Below the pieces are notes generated by a model that had not been told where the DNA came from, did not search any database, and worked only from the letters and a program-made list of their open reading frames with translations. The position numbers and the translations under genes are program-made. A stretch of 64,000 bases of DNA from Nemertoderma westbladi (lineage: Eukaryota > Animalia > Xenacoelomorpha). The stretch is from assembly GCA_032718475.1 (NCBI GenBank), contig JAUCBJ010009055.1:8266-72265 (forward strand). Reading direction: 5' to 3'. How positions within the stretch are numbered: the stretch's first letter is position 1; each line of letters starts with the position of its first letter. Of this stretch, positions 8,771 through 21,800 are shown one piece after another.

Positions 8771-9176
8771 ATTATGTCTGAGGACAACTGTTGTAACATT
8801 ATGTCTGAAGACAACTGTTGTAACATTATGTCTGAGGACAACTGTTGTAACATTGTGTCTGAGGACAACTGTTGTAATATTATGTCTGAGGACACCTGTT
8901 GTAACATTGTGTCTGAGGACAACTGTTGTAACATTATGTCTGAGGAGAACTGTTGTAACAATATGTCTGAGGACAACTGTTGTAACATTATCTATGTGGA
9001 CAACTGTTGTAACATTGTGTCTGATAACAACTGTTGTAACATTATGTCTGAGGACAACTGTTGTAACATTATGTCTGAGCAGAACTGTTGTAACATTGTG
9101 TCTGAGGACAACTGTTGTAACATTATGTCTGAGGACAACTGTTGTAACATTATGTCTGAGGAGAACTGTTGTAACA
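8771..9176. repeat. 27-bp minisatellite (TTATGTCTGAGGACAACTGTTGTAACA), ~15 copies, left part
   Basis: Tandem units; the array stops at ...GTAACA 9176. Confidence 0.97.
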
Positions 9177-10802
9177 CTAGAGAGCCAGCAAGCTGGCTGG
9201 AAGGAGCCCGGGGGGAAGAATCCTAGCCAATACTAAACTAAACAATTGTCTAAATGGTGTGATGATACATAGCTGACTTTGTGGCTTGCCCCACATAATA
9301 AAAAATGAAACTTTGCTGCCACTAACAACCGAATATTTATAAGAAAATGCCCATGATTCACAACCAGATAAATAACAAGTTAGATTTACCAGTACAGGTA
9401 CGGTTACCTTTCTTTTTGAAAACCATTAGATTTAACAATTAATAGAAGTCTAGGTCGCGGCGAAAAATAATAACGCAAATTAAACAACCATACAATCGGC
9501 CTACACACTTTTTTATTATTCGAAATAAATTCGCTAACAGAAAGTATCTAAACTAATTTATTTATTTACTAATTAATCTAAACGAGAAGGTGAACAATTG
9601 TTTCTACACAATTAATTATGACGACTTTTATGGGATATGTAATATTTACTGTTCAATAATAATTTACAATCTCCCATTCCAACACATTCCCAGAGAGTAA
9701 TAATATCATCAATATAACAAACTAAGTGGATTATAATTCGATTTCTTCAGCCAAGTCCGATAGCTATTTTTCTGAAATTTATATTGCTAATTTAATTATT
9801 TGGCATATTCTGTTTGTGGCGCAGACTATAATAATAATAACATTGTTGACATACAGTCTTTGAACCTTTCAGTCTTTCTCAGCAGTACTTTGTGGCTCGT
9901 CCCACATAATAAAAACTGAAACTTTGCTATGACAACACACCCGGTTCTTTTAAATTTGCGTGATTTGATTTATGCTCGCACCACTATTTGTAAGAAATAT
10001 TAAAACTTATCTTACAGTATGCCAATGTAGTAATGGTATTAAAATATAATTAAATTAATTTACACTATTAATGCTTCAGCTAAAAAATCGTTTCAGCTAA
10101 AAAATCGTATGTAATAAAAAAAATAAGAATATTTTTAATATGTGTATATGTAATATAGGTATTACTGCTAAGTTAGGCAGTAGGCCAGAGCGGGCTCCTT
10201 AAATACATGCAACTACTGTATTATAGTGTAGGTCAACTATAAAACATTTTGCAATCCACAGTGAGTATCGACTGCAATAGGACACAACACACTGCTTTGT
10301 GTAACTAAAATTCATTCTCCTGATCCACCCCCTAACATAGCAGAGTGAGTAACCTTATTGTAGATATACCCTTAGGAAGCACTGGGAGAGCAATCAGCTT
10401 ATGGGGTAATACATTAGAAACCAACAGCTTATGTGTGAGTAAACATTGACTTTCCTTATAGCCTACTAGTAAAACTTGGCAACCAATACGTTTTACTATG
10501 ACTGTGTATAACATATTAAGCCATATTTCATCATGAACACCAGCTGTTATTTTACCATTGCTTTTAATTTCGCGACAAAACAATGTCAAAAAACTAAATA
10601 TATCGAATACCACACATAGAATCGATCTGAAATTTTGTAACGCGATTATGAACCTCAAAAGCAATGTACTTGCAAAATTTCATCAAAATCGCCAGGCAGG
10701 AAGTGCCTTAACCTAGATAATTATCAGTCAGTCAGTGTCAGTCAATGTAATGTATCCTGAAGATTCTTACAGTAAGTATCCCGCTGTCAAGCGGGCTCCT
10801 AA
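9177..10802 (-). mobile_element. Non-autonomous DINE-1/Helentron(HINE)-like rolling-circle element inserted in the 27-bp array
   Basis: Array breaks at GTAACA|TTATG and resumes in register with no TSD. Subterminal inverted repeats AGGAGCCCG (9202-9210)/CGGGCTCCT (10792-10800); partial IR hairpin CCCGCT-gtca-AGCGGG at the right end; hairpin AGCCAGC-aa-GCTGGCT next to terminal CTAG at the left end; CAGT microsatellite ~10725-10744. Confidence 0.75.
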
Positions 10803-11070
10803 TTATGTCTGAGGAGAACTGTTGTAACATTATGTCTGAGGACAACTGTTGTAACATTATGTCTGAGGACAACTGTTGTAACATTATGTCTGAGGACAAC
10901 TGTTGTAACATTATGTCTGAGGACAACTGTTGTAACATTATGTCTGAGGACAACTGTTGTAACATTATGTCTGAGGAGAACTGTTGTAACATTATGTCTG
11001 AGGACAACTGTTGTAACATTATGTCTGAGGAGAACTGTTGTAACATTATGTCTGAGGACAACTGTTGTAA
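10803..11070. repeat. 27-bp minisatellite, ~10 copies, right part
   Basis: Same unit and orientation as 8771-9176, and more homogeneous. Confidence 0.97.
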
Positions 11071-11669
11071 TTGTATTTTCTTTTTTTTTCTCCATTATGG
11101 TCTAAAATAAAATCCAAAAAATTAGCATAAGGTAAATCTTTAAAAATAATAACACATTCCACGAAATTTTCAAAACTTACAACCACGATTATCTCAGAAC
11201 CACAAACAGTACACTACCAGAGAATTTGGCTAAGATATTGAAATAGAATAAATAATAATAATATCATACCATATTGGGAGTATAGATTCAGGGGGGATTC
11301 CGCGTTGGTTTGTAATAGTTGTTCCTGTTTAACGCCAGGTTGGGCTACTTGAGTCTGCGTAAAGGATAACATAATTTAAATATTATTTAACCGGTAAGCC
11401 GTTACAGCGCTTTACTTTACCCCTATGCTGGGGTATTATTCAACAACCCCTCTCTTATTTTTAAAAATATTTTTGACTTAAAACGCTACTCCTTTGATAT
11501 GCTTCAACTTTAGAAGTTTTAACCTTTTTTTGGAATCGGCATGGCCGATTACGTGAAAAATTCGAATAGCAATTTTGTTTCCTACTCAAGCAAAATATTT
11601 TACAAAATAATTGTTAAAACTTATTTCAAAAAAGCACTGTTTTTTGTTTTTACAAAACCATGCTGAGAT

Positions 11670-11780
11670 TGTTGCTATGGGGGTTTTCCTGGTCACTGAT
11701 TTCATTTCTGAGGTCAGTTTTCACTTTTAATGAAATCTAGTTAGTCTGTTTGTCTGTCTGTCGGTCTATCTGACTATCCG
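11670..11780. repeat. Degenerate GTCT microsatellite, possibly a remnant of another DINE/Helitron-like element
   Basis: GTCTGTTTGTCTGTCTGTCGGTCTATCTG at ~11744-11772; termini not identified. Confidence 0.3.
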
Positions 11781-12569
11781 ACAATCTGATAATTTTTATA
11801 AAATTTATTACTTAGACTTACCTTTTTGGCGGACAAAATGTCCTATATTTTTCGTAATTTATGGGATAGCCTATTTCGTGTAATACTTACCGGAACCTGT
11901 AGTTACTGTATGGTTTGGTGTAATTTTTCTTGTGGTAGTTGGGTTGGGTTATGTAGCACTAAAATCGATTTGGTATTTTGGTTTTTTAATGGGCCTTAGT
12001 GCCTGAGTACTAACAGTGGCCCAAGTGGCCCTAAATGCTAGGTAGTATCTGAAGGAATAAGACCCCATGTCCTATTTTATTGTTTTCATATCTTGAGAAG
12101 CAATACAGATCTTGCTAAACGGTTTTCTAATTCGTAATCTTTATAAAAATTCGCAAAGAGAATTTTTTTTTTAATTGAAAGCCAGTACCCCCCCCCCCCC
12201 CCCCCCCCCCCACCTTGATTTTACTTTATAAATATAATGTTAACTAAATAATTCCATAAAAACACGCAGTATTATAAATTAACAAGTAATGATAACTACT
12301 AATAATTATCTACCTAGCTGGTTCGTATATTTAATATATTTAACTGACCCCTCCAACTCCACTTGCAACATCTATCTGTGAGAACCGCAGCTGTAGAGCT
12401 GCTGTCTGTTCTGGGGTCCAATCCAAGAAACCCAACGACGTCATATCAAAAACCGTTCCGGCTTCGGGTTGGTCAGCTGGAAGGGTAAATCGATAATATA
12501 TTTATATACTATACTGATCTGCGTACCTAACTTACACTAATCACCGATAAATTAATAATCACGATAAGT

Positions 12570-12809
12570 CCTACCTTGGTGTAATGGTTGCATTGAATGC
12601 CGGAGGTCGTGGGTTCGATCCCTGCCAGAGGCCAGAGTAGTTTAGATTCGGCACGAATGCTTTAAAGGGACTAGCGCATCTCAGCATTCCATCCATAAAT
12701 GTTAGCTAAATGAGTTTCTACTGGGGATTAGTTCGGGGGGACCGCACTGGAAATAAATCGTCAGACTTTGAGCGTTGGCAGATGTGGATGGTTCTGTATA
12801 AGGGAGAAT
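12570..12809 (+). mobile_element. tRNA-derived SINE-like sequence
   Basis: A box TGGTGTAATGG (12577-12587) and B box GGTTCGATCCC (12612-12622) with no intact anticodon arm; followed by TCAGCATTCCATCC...AAATGAGT, reminiscent of a central motif of some animal SINEs (from memory). Boundaries approximate. Confidence 0.6.
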
Positions 12810-15800
12810 TTATACTGCCGTATATGGGACCTCCTGCCAATGTGTACAGGTTCTATGAACCCAGAGTTATACTGCCGTATTTGGGGCCTCCTGCCACTGA
12901 ACCCAGAGTTATACTGCCGTATTTGGGGCTTCCTGCCAATGTGTACAGGTTCCCTGAACTCAGAGTTATACTGCCGTATTTGGGGCCTCCTGGCAATGTG
13001 TACAGGTTCTATGAACCCAGAGTTATACTGTCGTATTGGGGGCCTCCTGCCAATATGTACAGATTCCCTGAACCCAGAGTTATACTGCCGTATTTGAGAC
13101 CTCCTGCCAATGTGTACAGGTTCCCTGAACTCAGAGTTATACTGCCGTATTTGGGACCTCCTGCCAATGTGTACAGGTTCCCTGAACCCAGAGTTATACT
13201 GCCGTATTTGGGGCCTCCTGCCAATGTGTACAGGTTCCCTGAACTCAGAGTTATACTGCCGTATTTGGGACCTCCTGCCAATGTGTACAGGTTCCCTGAA
13301 CCCAGAGTTACACTGCCGTATTTGGGGCCTCCTGCCAATGTGTACAGGTTCCCTGAACTCAGAGTTATACTGCCGTATTTGGGACCCCCTGGCAATGTGT
13401 ACAGGTTCCCTGAACTCAGAGTTATACTGCCGTATTGGGACCTCCTGCCAATGTGTACAGGTTCCCTGAACCCAGAGTTACACTGCCGTATTTGGGGCTT
13501 CCTGCCAATGTGTACAGGTTCCCTGAACTCAGAGTTATACTGCCATATTTGGGACCTCCTGGCAATGTGTACAGGTTCCCTGAACTCAGAGTTATACTGC
13601 CGTATTGGGACCTCCTGCCAATGTGTACAGGTTCCCTGAACCCAGAGTTACACTGCCGTATTTGGGGCCTCCTGCCAATGTGTACAGGTTCCCTGAACTC
13701 AGAGTTGCACTGCCGTATTTGGGGCCTCCTGTCAATGTGTACAGGTTCACTGAACCCAGAGTTACACTGCCGTATTTGGGGCCTCCTGCCAATGTGTACA
13801 GGTTCTATGAACCCAGAGTTATACTGCCGTATTTGGGACCTCCTACCAATGTGTACAGGTTCTATGAACCCAGAGTTATACTGCCGAATATGGGACCTCC
13901 TGCCAATGTTTACAGGTTCTCTGAACTCAGAGTTAAACTGCCGTATTTGGGACCTCCTGCCAATGTGTACAGGTTCCCTGAACCCAGAGTTATACTGCCG
14001 TATTTGGGACCTCCTACCAATGTGTACAGGTTCCCTGAACTCAGAGTTATACTGCCGTATTTGGGACCTCCTGCCAATGTGTACAGGTTCCCTGAACCCA
14101 GAGTTATACTGCCGTATTTGGGACCTCCTACCAATGTGTACAGGTTCCCTGAACCCGAGTTATACTGCCGTATTTGGGGCCTCCTGCAAATGTGTACAGG
14201 TTCTATGAACCCAGAGTTATACTGCCGTATTTGGGACCTCCTGCCAATGTGTACAGGTTCTATGAACCCAGAGTTATACTGCCGTATTTGGGACCTCCTG
14301 CCAATGTGTACAGGTTCCCTGAACCCAGAGTTATACTGCCGTATTTGGGGCCTCCTGCCAATGTGTACAGGTTCTATGAACCCAGAGTTATACTGCCGTA
14401 TTTGGGACCTCCTGCCAATGTGTACAGGTTCTATGAACCCAGAGTTATACTGCCGTATTTAGGGCCTCCTGCCAATGTGTACAGGTTCTATGAACCCAGA
14501 GTTATACTGCCGTATTTGGGACCTCCTGCCAATGTGTACAGGTTCCCTGAACCCAGAGTTATACTGCCGTATTTGGGACCTCCTACCAATGTGTACAGGT
14601 TCCCTGAACCCGAGTTATACTGCCGTATTTGGGGCCTCCTGCCAATGTGTACAGGTTCTATGAACCCAGAGTTATACTGCCGTATTTGGGACCTCCTGCC
14701 AATGTGTACAGGTTCTATGAACCCAGAGTTATACTGCCGTATTTGGGACCTCCTGCCAATGTGTACAGGTTCCCTGAACTCAGAGTTATACTGCCGTATT
14801 TGGGGCCTCCTGCCAATGTGTACAGGTTCTATGAACCCAGAGTTACACTGCCGTATTTGGGGCCTCTTGCCAATGTGTACAGGTTCCCTGAACCCAGAGT
14901 TATACTACCGTATTTGGGGCCTCCTGCCAATGTGTACAGGTTCTATGAACCCAGAGTTATACTGCTGTATTTGGGACCTCCTGCCAATGTGTACAGGTTC
15001 CCTGAACCCAGAGTTATACTGCCGTATTTGGGACCTCCTGCCAATGTGTACAGGTTCCCTGAACCCAGAGTTATACTGCCGTATTTGGGACCTCCTGCCA
15101 ATGTGTACAGGTTCTATGAACCCAGAGTTATACTGCCGTATTTGGGGCCTCCTGCCAATGTGTACAGGTTCTATGAACCCAGAGTTATACTGCCGTATTT
15201 GGGACCTCCTGCCAATGTGTACAGGTTCTATGAAACCAGAGTTATACTGCCGTATTTGGGACCTCCTGCCAATGTGTACAGGTTCCCTGAACCCAGAGTT
15301 ATACTGCCGTATTTGGGACCTCCTGCCAATGTGTACAGGTTCCCTGAACCCAGAGTTATACTGCCGTATTTGGGACCTCCTGCCAATGTGTACAGGTTCT
15401 ATGAACCCAGAGTTATACTGCCGTATTTGGGACCTCCTACCAATGTGTACAGGTTCCCTGAACTCAGAGTTATACTGCCGTATTTGGGACCTCCTGCCAA
15501 TGTGTACAGGTTCCCTGAACCCAGAGTTATACTGCCGTAATTGGGGCCTCCTGCCAATGTGTACAGGTTCTATGAACCCAGAGTTATACTGCCGTATTTG
15601 GGACCTCCTGCCAATGTGTACAGGTTCCCTGAACCCAGAGTTATACTGCCGTATTTGGGGCCTCCTGCCAATGTGTACAGGTTCTATGAACCCAGAGTTA
15701 TACTGCCGTATTTGGGACCTCCTGCCAATGTGTACAGGTTCTATGAACCCAGAGTTATACTGCCGTATTTGGGACCTCCTGCCAATGTGTACAGGTTCCC

Positions 15801-18800
15801 TGAACCCAGAGTTATACTGCCGTATTTGGGGCCTCCTGCCAATGTGTACAGGTTCTATGAACCCAGAGTTATACTGCCGTATTTGGGGCCTCCTGCCAAT
15901 GTGTACAGGTTCTATGAACCCAGAGTTATACTGCCGTATTTGGGACCTCCTGCCAATGTGTACAGGTTCTATGAACCCAGAGTTATACTGCCGTATTTAG
16001 GGCCTCCTGCCAATGTGTACAGGTTCTATGAACCCAGAGTTATACTGCCGTATTTGGGACCTCCTGCCAATGTGTACAGGTTCCCTGAACCCAGAGTTAT
16101 ACTGCCGTATTTGGGACCTCCTACCAATGTGTACAGGTTCCCTGAACCCGAGTTATACTGCCGTATTTGGGGCCTCCTGCCAATGTGTACAGGTTCTATG
16201 AACCCAGAGTTATACTGCCGTATTTGGGGCCTCCTGCCAATGTGTACAGGTTCTATGAACCCAGAGTTATACTGCCGTATTTGGGACCTCCTGCCAATGT
16301 GTACAGGTTCTATGAAACCAGAGTTATACTGCCGTATTTGGGACCTCCTGCCAATGTGTACAGGTTCCCTGAACCCAGAGTTATACTGCCGTATTTGGGA
16401 CCTCCTGCCAATGTGTACAGGTTCCCTGAACCCAGAGTTATACTGCCGTATTTGGGACCTCCTGCCAATGTGTACAGGTTCTATGAACCCAGAGTTATAC
16501 TGCCGTATTTGGGACCTCCTACCAATGTGTACAGGTTCCCTGAACTCAGAGTTATACTGCCGTATTTGGGACCTCCTGCCAATGTGTACAGGTTCCCTGA
16601 ACCCAGAGTTATACTGCCGTAATTGGGGCCTCCTGCCAATGTGTACAGGTTCTATGAACCCAGAGTTATACTGCCGTATTTGGGACCTCCTGCCAATGTG
16701 TACAGGTTCCCTGAACCCAGAGTTATACTGCCGTATTTGGGGCCTCCTGCCAATGTGTACAGGTTCTATGAACCCAGAGTTATACTGCCGTATTTGGGAC
16801 CTCCTGCCAATGTGTACAGGTTCTATGAACCCAGAGTTATACTGCCGTATTTGGGACCTCCTGCCAATGTGTACAGGTTCCCTGAACCCAGAGTTATACT
16901 GCCGTATTTGGGGCCTCCTGCCAATGTGAACAGGTTCTATGAACCCAGAGTTATACTGCCGTATTTGGGGCCTCCTGCCAATGTGTACAGGTTCTATGAA
17001 CCCAGAGTTATACTGCCGTATTTGGGACCTCCTGCCAATGTGTACAGGTTCTATGAACCCAGAGTTATACTGCCGTATTTAGGGCCTCCTGCCAATGTGT
17101 ACAGGTTCTATGAACCCAGAGTTATACTGCCGTATTTGGGACCTCCTGCCAATGTGTACAGGTTCCCTGAACCCAGAGTTATACTGCCGTATTTGGGACC
17201 TCCTACCAATGTGTACAGGTTCCCTGAACCCGAGTTATACTGCCGTATTTGGGGCCTCCTGCCAATGTGTACAGGTTCTATGAACCCAGAGTTATACTGC
17301 CGTATTTGGGACCTCCTGCCAATGTGTACAGGTTCTATGAACCCAGAGTTATACTGCCGTATTTGGGACCTCCTGCCAATGTGTACAGGTTCCCTGAACT
17401 CAGAGTTATACTGCCGTATTTGGGGCCTCCTGCCAATGTGTACAGGTTCTATGAACCCAGAGTTACACTGCCGTATTTGGGGCCTCTTGCCAATGTGTAC
17501 AGGTTCCCTGAACCCAGAGTTATACTACCGTATTTGGGGCCTCCTGCCAATGTGTACAGGTTCTATGAACCCAGAGTTATACTGCCGTATTTGGGACCTC
17601 CTGCCAATGTGTACAGGTTCCCTGAACCCAGAGTTATACTGCCGTATTTGGGACCTCCTGCCAATGTGTACAGGTTCCCTGAACCCAGAGTTATACTGCC
17701 GTATTTGGGACCTCCTGCCAATGTGTACAGGTTCTATGAACCCAGAGTTATACTGCCGTATTTGGGGCCTCCTGCCAATGTGTACAGGTTCTATGAACCC
17801 AGAGTTATACTGCCGTATTTGGGACCTCCTGCCAATGTGTACAGGTTCTATGAAACCAGAGTTATACTGCCGTATTTGGGACCTCCTGCCAATGTGTACA
17901 GGTTCCCTGAACCCAGAGTTATACTGCCGTATTTGGGACCTCCTGCCAATGTGTACAGGTTCCCTGAACCCAGAGTTATACTGCCGTATTTGGGACCTCC
18001 TGCCAATGTGTACAGGTTCTATGAACCCAGAGTTATACTGCCGTATTTGGGACCTCCTACCAATGTGTACAGGTTCCCTGAACTCAGAGTTATACTGCCG
18101 TATTTGGGACCTCCTGCCAATGTGTACAGGTTCCCTGAACCCAGAGTTATACTGCCGTAATTGGGGCCTCCTGCCAATGTGTACAGGTTCTATGAACCCA
18201 GAGTTATACTGCCGTATTTGGGACCTCCTGCCAATGTGTACAGGTTCCCTGAACCCAGAGTTATACTGCCGTATTTGGGGCCTCCTGCCAATGTGTACAG
18301 GTTCTATGAACCCAGAGTTATACTGCCGTATTTGGGACCTCCTGCCAATGTGTACAGGTTCTATGAACCCAGAGTTATACTGCCGTATTTGGGACCTCCT
18401 GCCAATGTGTACAGGTTCCCTGAACCCAGAGTTATACTGCCGTATTTGGGGCCTCCTGCCAATGTGTACAGGTTCTATGAACCCAGAGTTATACTGCCGT
18501 ATTTGGGACCTCCTGCCAATGTGTACAGGTTCCCTGAACCCAGAGTTATACTGCCGTATTTGGGACCTCATGCCACTGAACCCAGAGTTATACTGCCGTA
18601 TTTGGGGCTTCCTGCCAATGTATACAGGTTCCCTGAACCCAGAGTTATACTGCCGTATTTGGGACCTCCTGCCAATGTGTACAGGTTCTATGAACCCAGA
18701 GTTATACTGCCGTATTTGGGACCTCCTACCAATGTGTACAGGTTCCCTGAACTCAGAGTTATACTGCCGTATTTGGGACCTCCTGCCAATGTGTACAGGT

Positions 18801-21800
18801 TCCCTGAACCCAGAGTTATACTGCCGTATTTGGGACCTCCTGCCTATGTGTACAGGTTCCCTGAACCCAGAGTTATACTGCCGTATTTGGGACCTCCTGC
18901 CAATGTGTACAGGTTCTATGAACCCAGAGTTATACTGCCGTATTTGGGACCTCCTACCAATGTGTACAGGTTCCCTGAACTCAGAGTTATACTGCCGTAT
19001 TTGGGACCTCCTGCCAATGTGTACAGGTTCCCTGAACCCAGAGTTATACTGCCGTATTTGGGGCCTCCTGCCAATGTGTACAGGTTCTATGAACCCAGAG
19101 TTATACTGCCGTATTTGGGACCTCCTGCCAATGTGTACAGGTTCCCTGAACCCAGAGTTATACTGCCGTATTTGGGGCCTCCTGCCAATGTGTACAGGTT
19201 CCCTGAACCCAGAGTTATACTGTCGTATTTGGGGCCTCCTGCCAATGTGCACAGGTTCCCTGAACCCAGAGTTATACTGCCGTATTTGGGGCCTCCTGCC
19301 AATGTGTACAGGTTCCCTGAACCCAGAGTTATACTGCCGTATTTGGGGCCTCCTGCCAATGTGTACAGGTTCCCTGAACCCAGAGTTATACTGCCGTATT
19401 TGGGGCCTCCTGCCAATGTGTACAGGTTCTATGAACCCAGAGTTATACTGCCGTATTTGGGACCTCCTGCCAATGTGTACAGGTTCCCTGAACCCAGAGT
19501 TATACTGCCGTATTTGGGGCCTCCTGCCAATGTGTACAGGTTCCCTGAACCCAGAGTTATACTGCCGTATTTGGGGCCTCCTGCCAATGTGTACAGGTTC
19601 TATGAACCCAGAGTTATACTGCCGTATTTGGGACCTCCTGCCAATGTGTACAGGTTCCCTGAACCCAGAGTTATACTGCCGTATTTGGGGCCTCCTGCCA
19701 ATGTGTACAGGTTCTATGAACCCAGAGTTATACTGCCGTATTTGGGGCCTCCTGCCAATGTGTACAGGTTCTCTGAACCCAGAGTTATACTGCCGTATTT
19801 GGGGCCTCCTGCCAATTTGTACAGGTTCCCTGAACTCAGAGTTATACTGCCGTATTTGGGGCCTCCTGCCAATGTGTACAGGTTCCCTGAACACAGAGTT
19901 ATACTGCCGTATTTGGGGCCTCCTGCCAATGTGTACAGGTTCCCTGAACCCAGAGTTATACTGCCGTATTTGGGGCCTCCTGCCAATGTGTACAGGTTCC
20001 CTGAACCCAGAGTTATACTGCCGTATTTGGGGCCTCCTGCCAATGTGTACAGGTTCTATGAACCCAGAGTTATACTGCCGTATTTGGGACCTCCTGCCAA
20101 TGTGTACAGGTTCCCTGAACCCAGAGTTATACTGCCGTATTTGGGGCCTCCTGCCAATGTGTACAGGTTCTATGAACCCAGAGTTATACTGCCGTATTTG
20201 GGACCTCCTGCCAATGTGTACAGGTTCCCTGAACCCAGAGTTATACTGCCGTATTTGGGGCCTCCTGCCAATGTGTACAGGTTCTATGAACCCAGAGTTA
20301 TACTGCCGTATTTGGGACCTCCTGCCAATGTGTACAGGTTCTATGAACCCAGAGTTATACTGCCGTATTTGGGACCTCCTACCAATGTGTACAGGTTCCC
20401 TGAACCCAGAGTTATACTGTCGTATTTGGGGCCTCCTGCCAATGTGTACAGGTTCTATGAACCCAGAGTTATACTGCCGTATTTGGGACCTCCTACCAAT
20501 GTGTACAGGTTCCCTGAACCCAGAGTTATACTGTCGTATTTGGGGCCTCCTGCCAATGTGTACAGGTTCCCTGAACCCAGAGTTATACTGCCGTATTTTT
20601 GGCCTCCTGCCAATGTGTACATGTTCCCTGAACCCAGAGTTATACTGCCGTATTTGGGGCCTCCTGCCAATGTGTACAGGTTCTATGAACCCAGAGTTAT
20701 ACTGCCGTAATTGGGACATCCTGCCAATATGTACAGGTTCCCTGAACCCAGAGTTATACTGCCGTATTTGGGGCCTCCTGCCAATGTGTACAGGTTCCCT
20801 GAACCCAGAGTTATACTGCCGTATTTGGGGCCTCCTGCCAATGTGTACAGGTTCTATGAACCCAGAGTTATACTGCCGTATTTGGGACCTCCTGCCAATG
20901 TGTACAGGTTCCCTGAACCCAGAGTTATACTGCCGTATTTGGGGCCTCCTGCCAATGTGTACAGGTTCTATGAACCCAGAGTTATACTGCCGTATTTGGG
21001 GCCTCCTGCCAATGTGTACAGGTTCTCTGAACCCAGAGTTATACTGCCGTATTTGGGGCCTCCTGCCAATGTGTACAGGTTCCCTGAACTCAGAGTTATA
21101 CTGCCGTATTTGGGGCCTCCTGCCAATGTGTACAGGTTCCCTGAACCCAGAGTTATACTGCCGTATTTGGGGCCTCCTGCCAATGTGTACAGGTTCCCTG
21201 AACCCAGAGTTATACTGCCGTATTTGGGGCCTCCTGCCAATGTGTACAGGTTCCCTGAACCCAGAGTTATACTGCCGTATTTGGGGCCTCCTGCCAATGT
21301 GTACAGGTTCTATGAACCCAGAGTTATACTGCCGTATTTGGGACCTCCTGCCAATGTGTACAGGTTCCCTGAACCCAGAGTTATACTGCCGTATTTGGGG
21401 CCTCCTGCCAATGTGTACAGGTTCTATGAACCCAGAGTTATACTGCCGTATTTGGGGCCTCCTGCCAATGTGTACAGGTTCTCTGAACCCAGAGTTAATA
21501 CTGCCGTATTTTTTTTTGGCCTCCTGCCACTGAACCCAGAGTTACACTGCCGTATTTGGGGCCTCCTGCCAATGTGCACAGGTTCTATGAACCCAGAGTT
21601 ACACTGCCGTATTTGGGACCTCCTGCCAATGTGTACAGGTTCCCTGAACTCAGAGTTATACTGCCGTATTTGGGGCCTCTTGCCAATGTGTACAGGTTCT
21701 ATGAACCCAGAGTTATACTGCCGTATTTGGGGCCTCCTGCCAATGTGTACAGGTTCCATGAACCCAGAGTTAATACTGCCGTATTTGGGGCCTCCTGCCA

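Noticed and set aside
8771-9176. Hammerhead-like look of the 27-mer (CUGAGGA-caacuguug-UAAC-auuau-GUC)
   Set aside because: It lacks the essential GAAA core and any stem I; it is better explained by two short palindromes.
8740-11110. Cys-rich (MSEDNCCNI)n and related ORFs
   Set aside because: Translations of the 27-bp minisatellite, open in several frames and interrupted by a transposon.
12188-12211. Poly-C run (and poly-G at ~2046-2060) as G-quadruplex elements
   Set aside because: Simple homopolymers of uncertain assembled length with no supporting context.
12570-12640. Functional tRNA gene
   Set aside because: A and B boxes are present but the intervening segment is too short for an anticodon arm and the acceptor stem is poor; treated as a SINE head.
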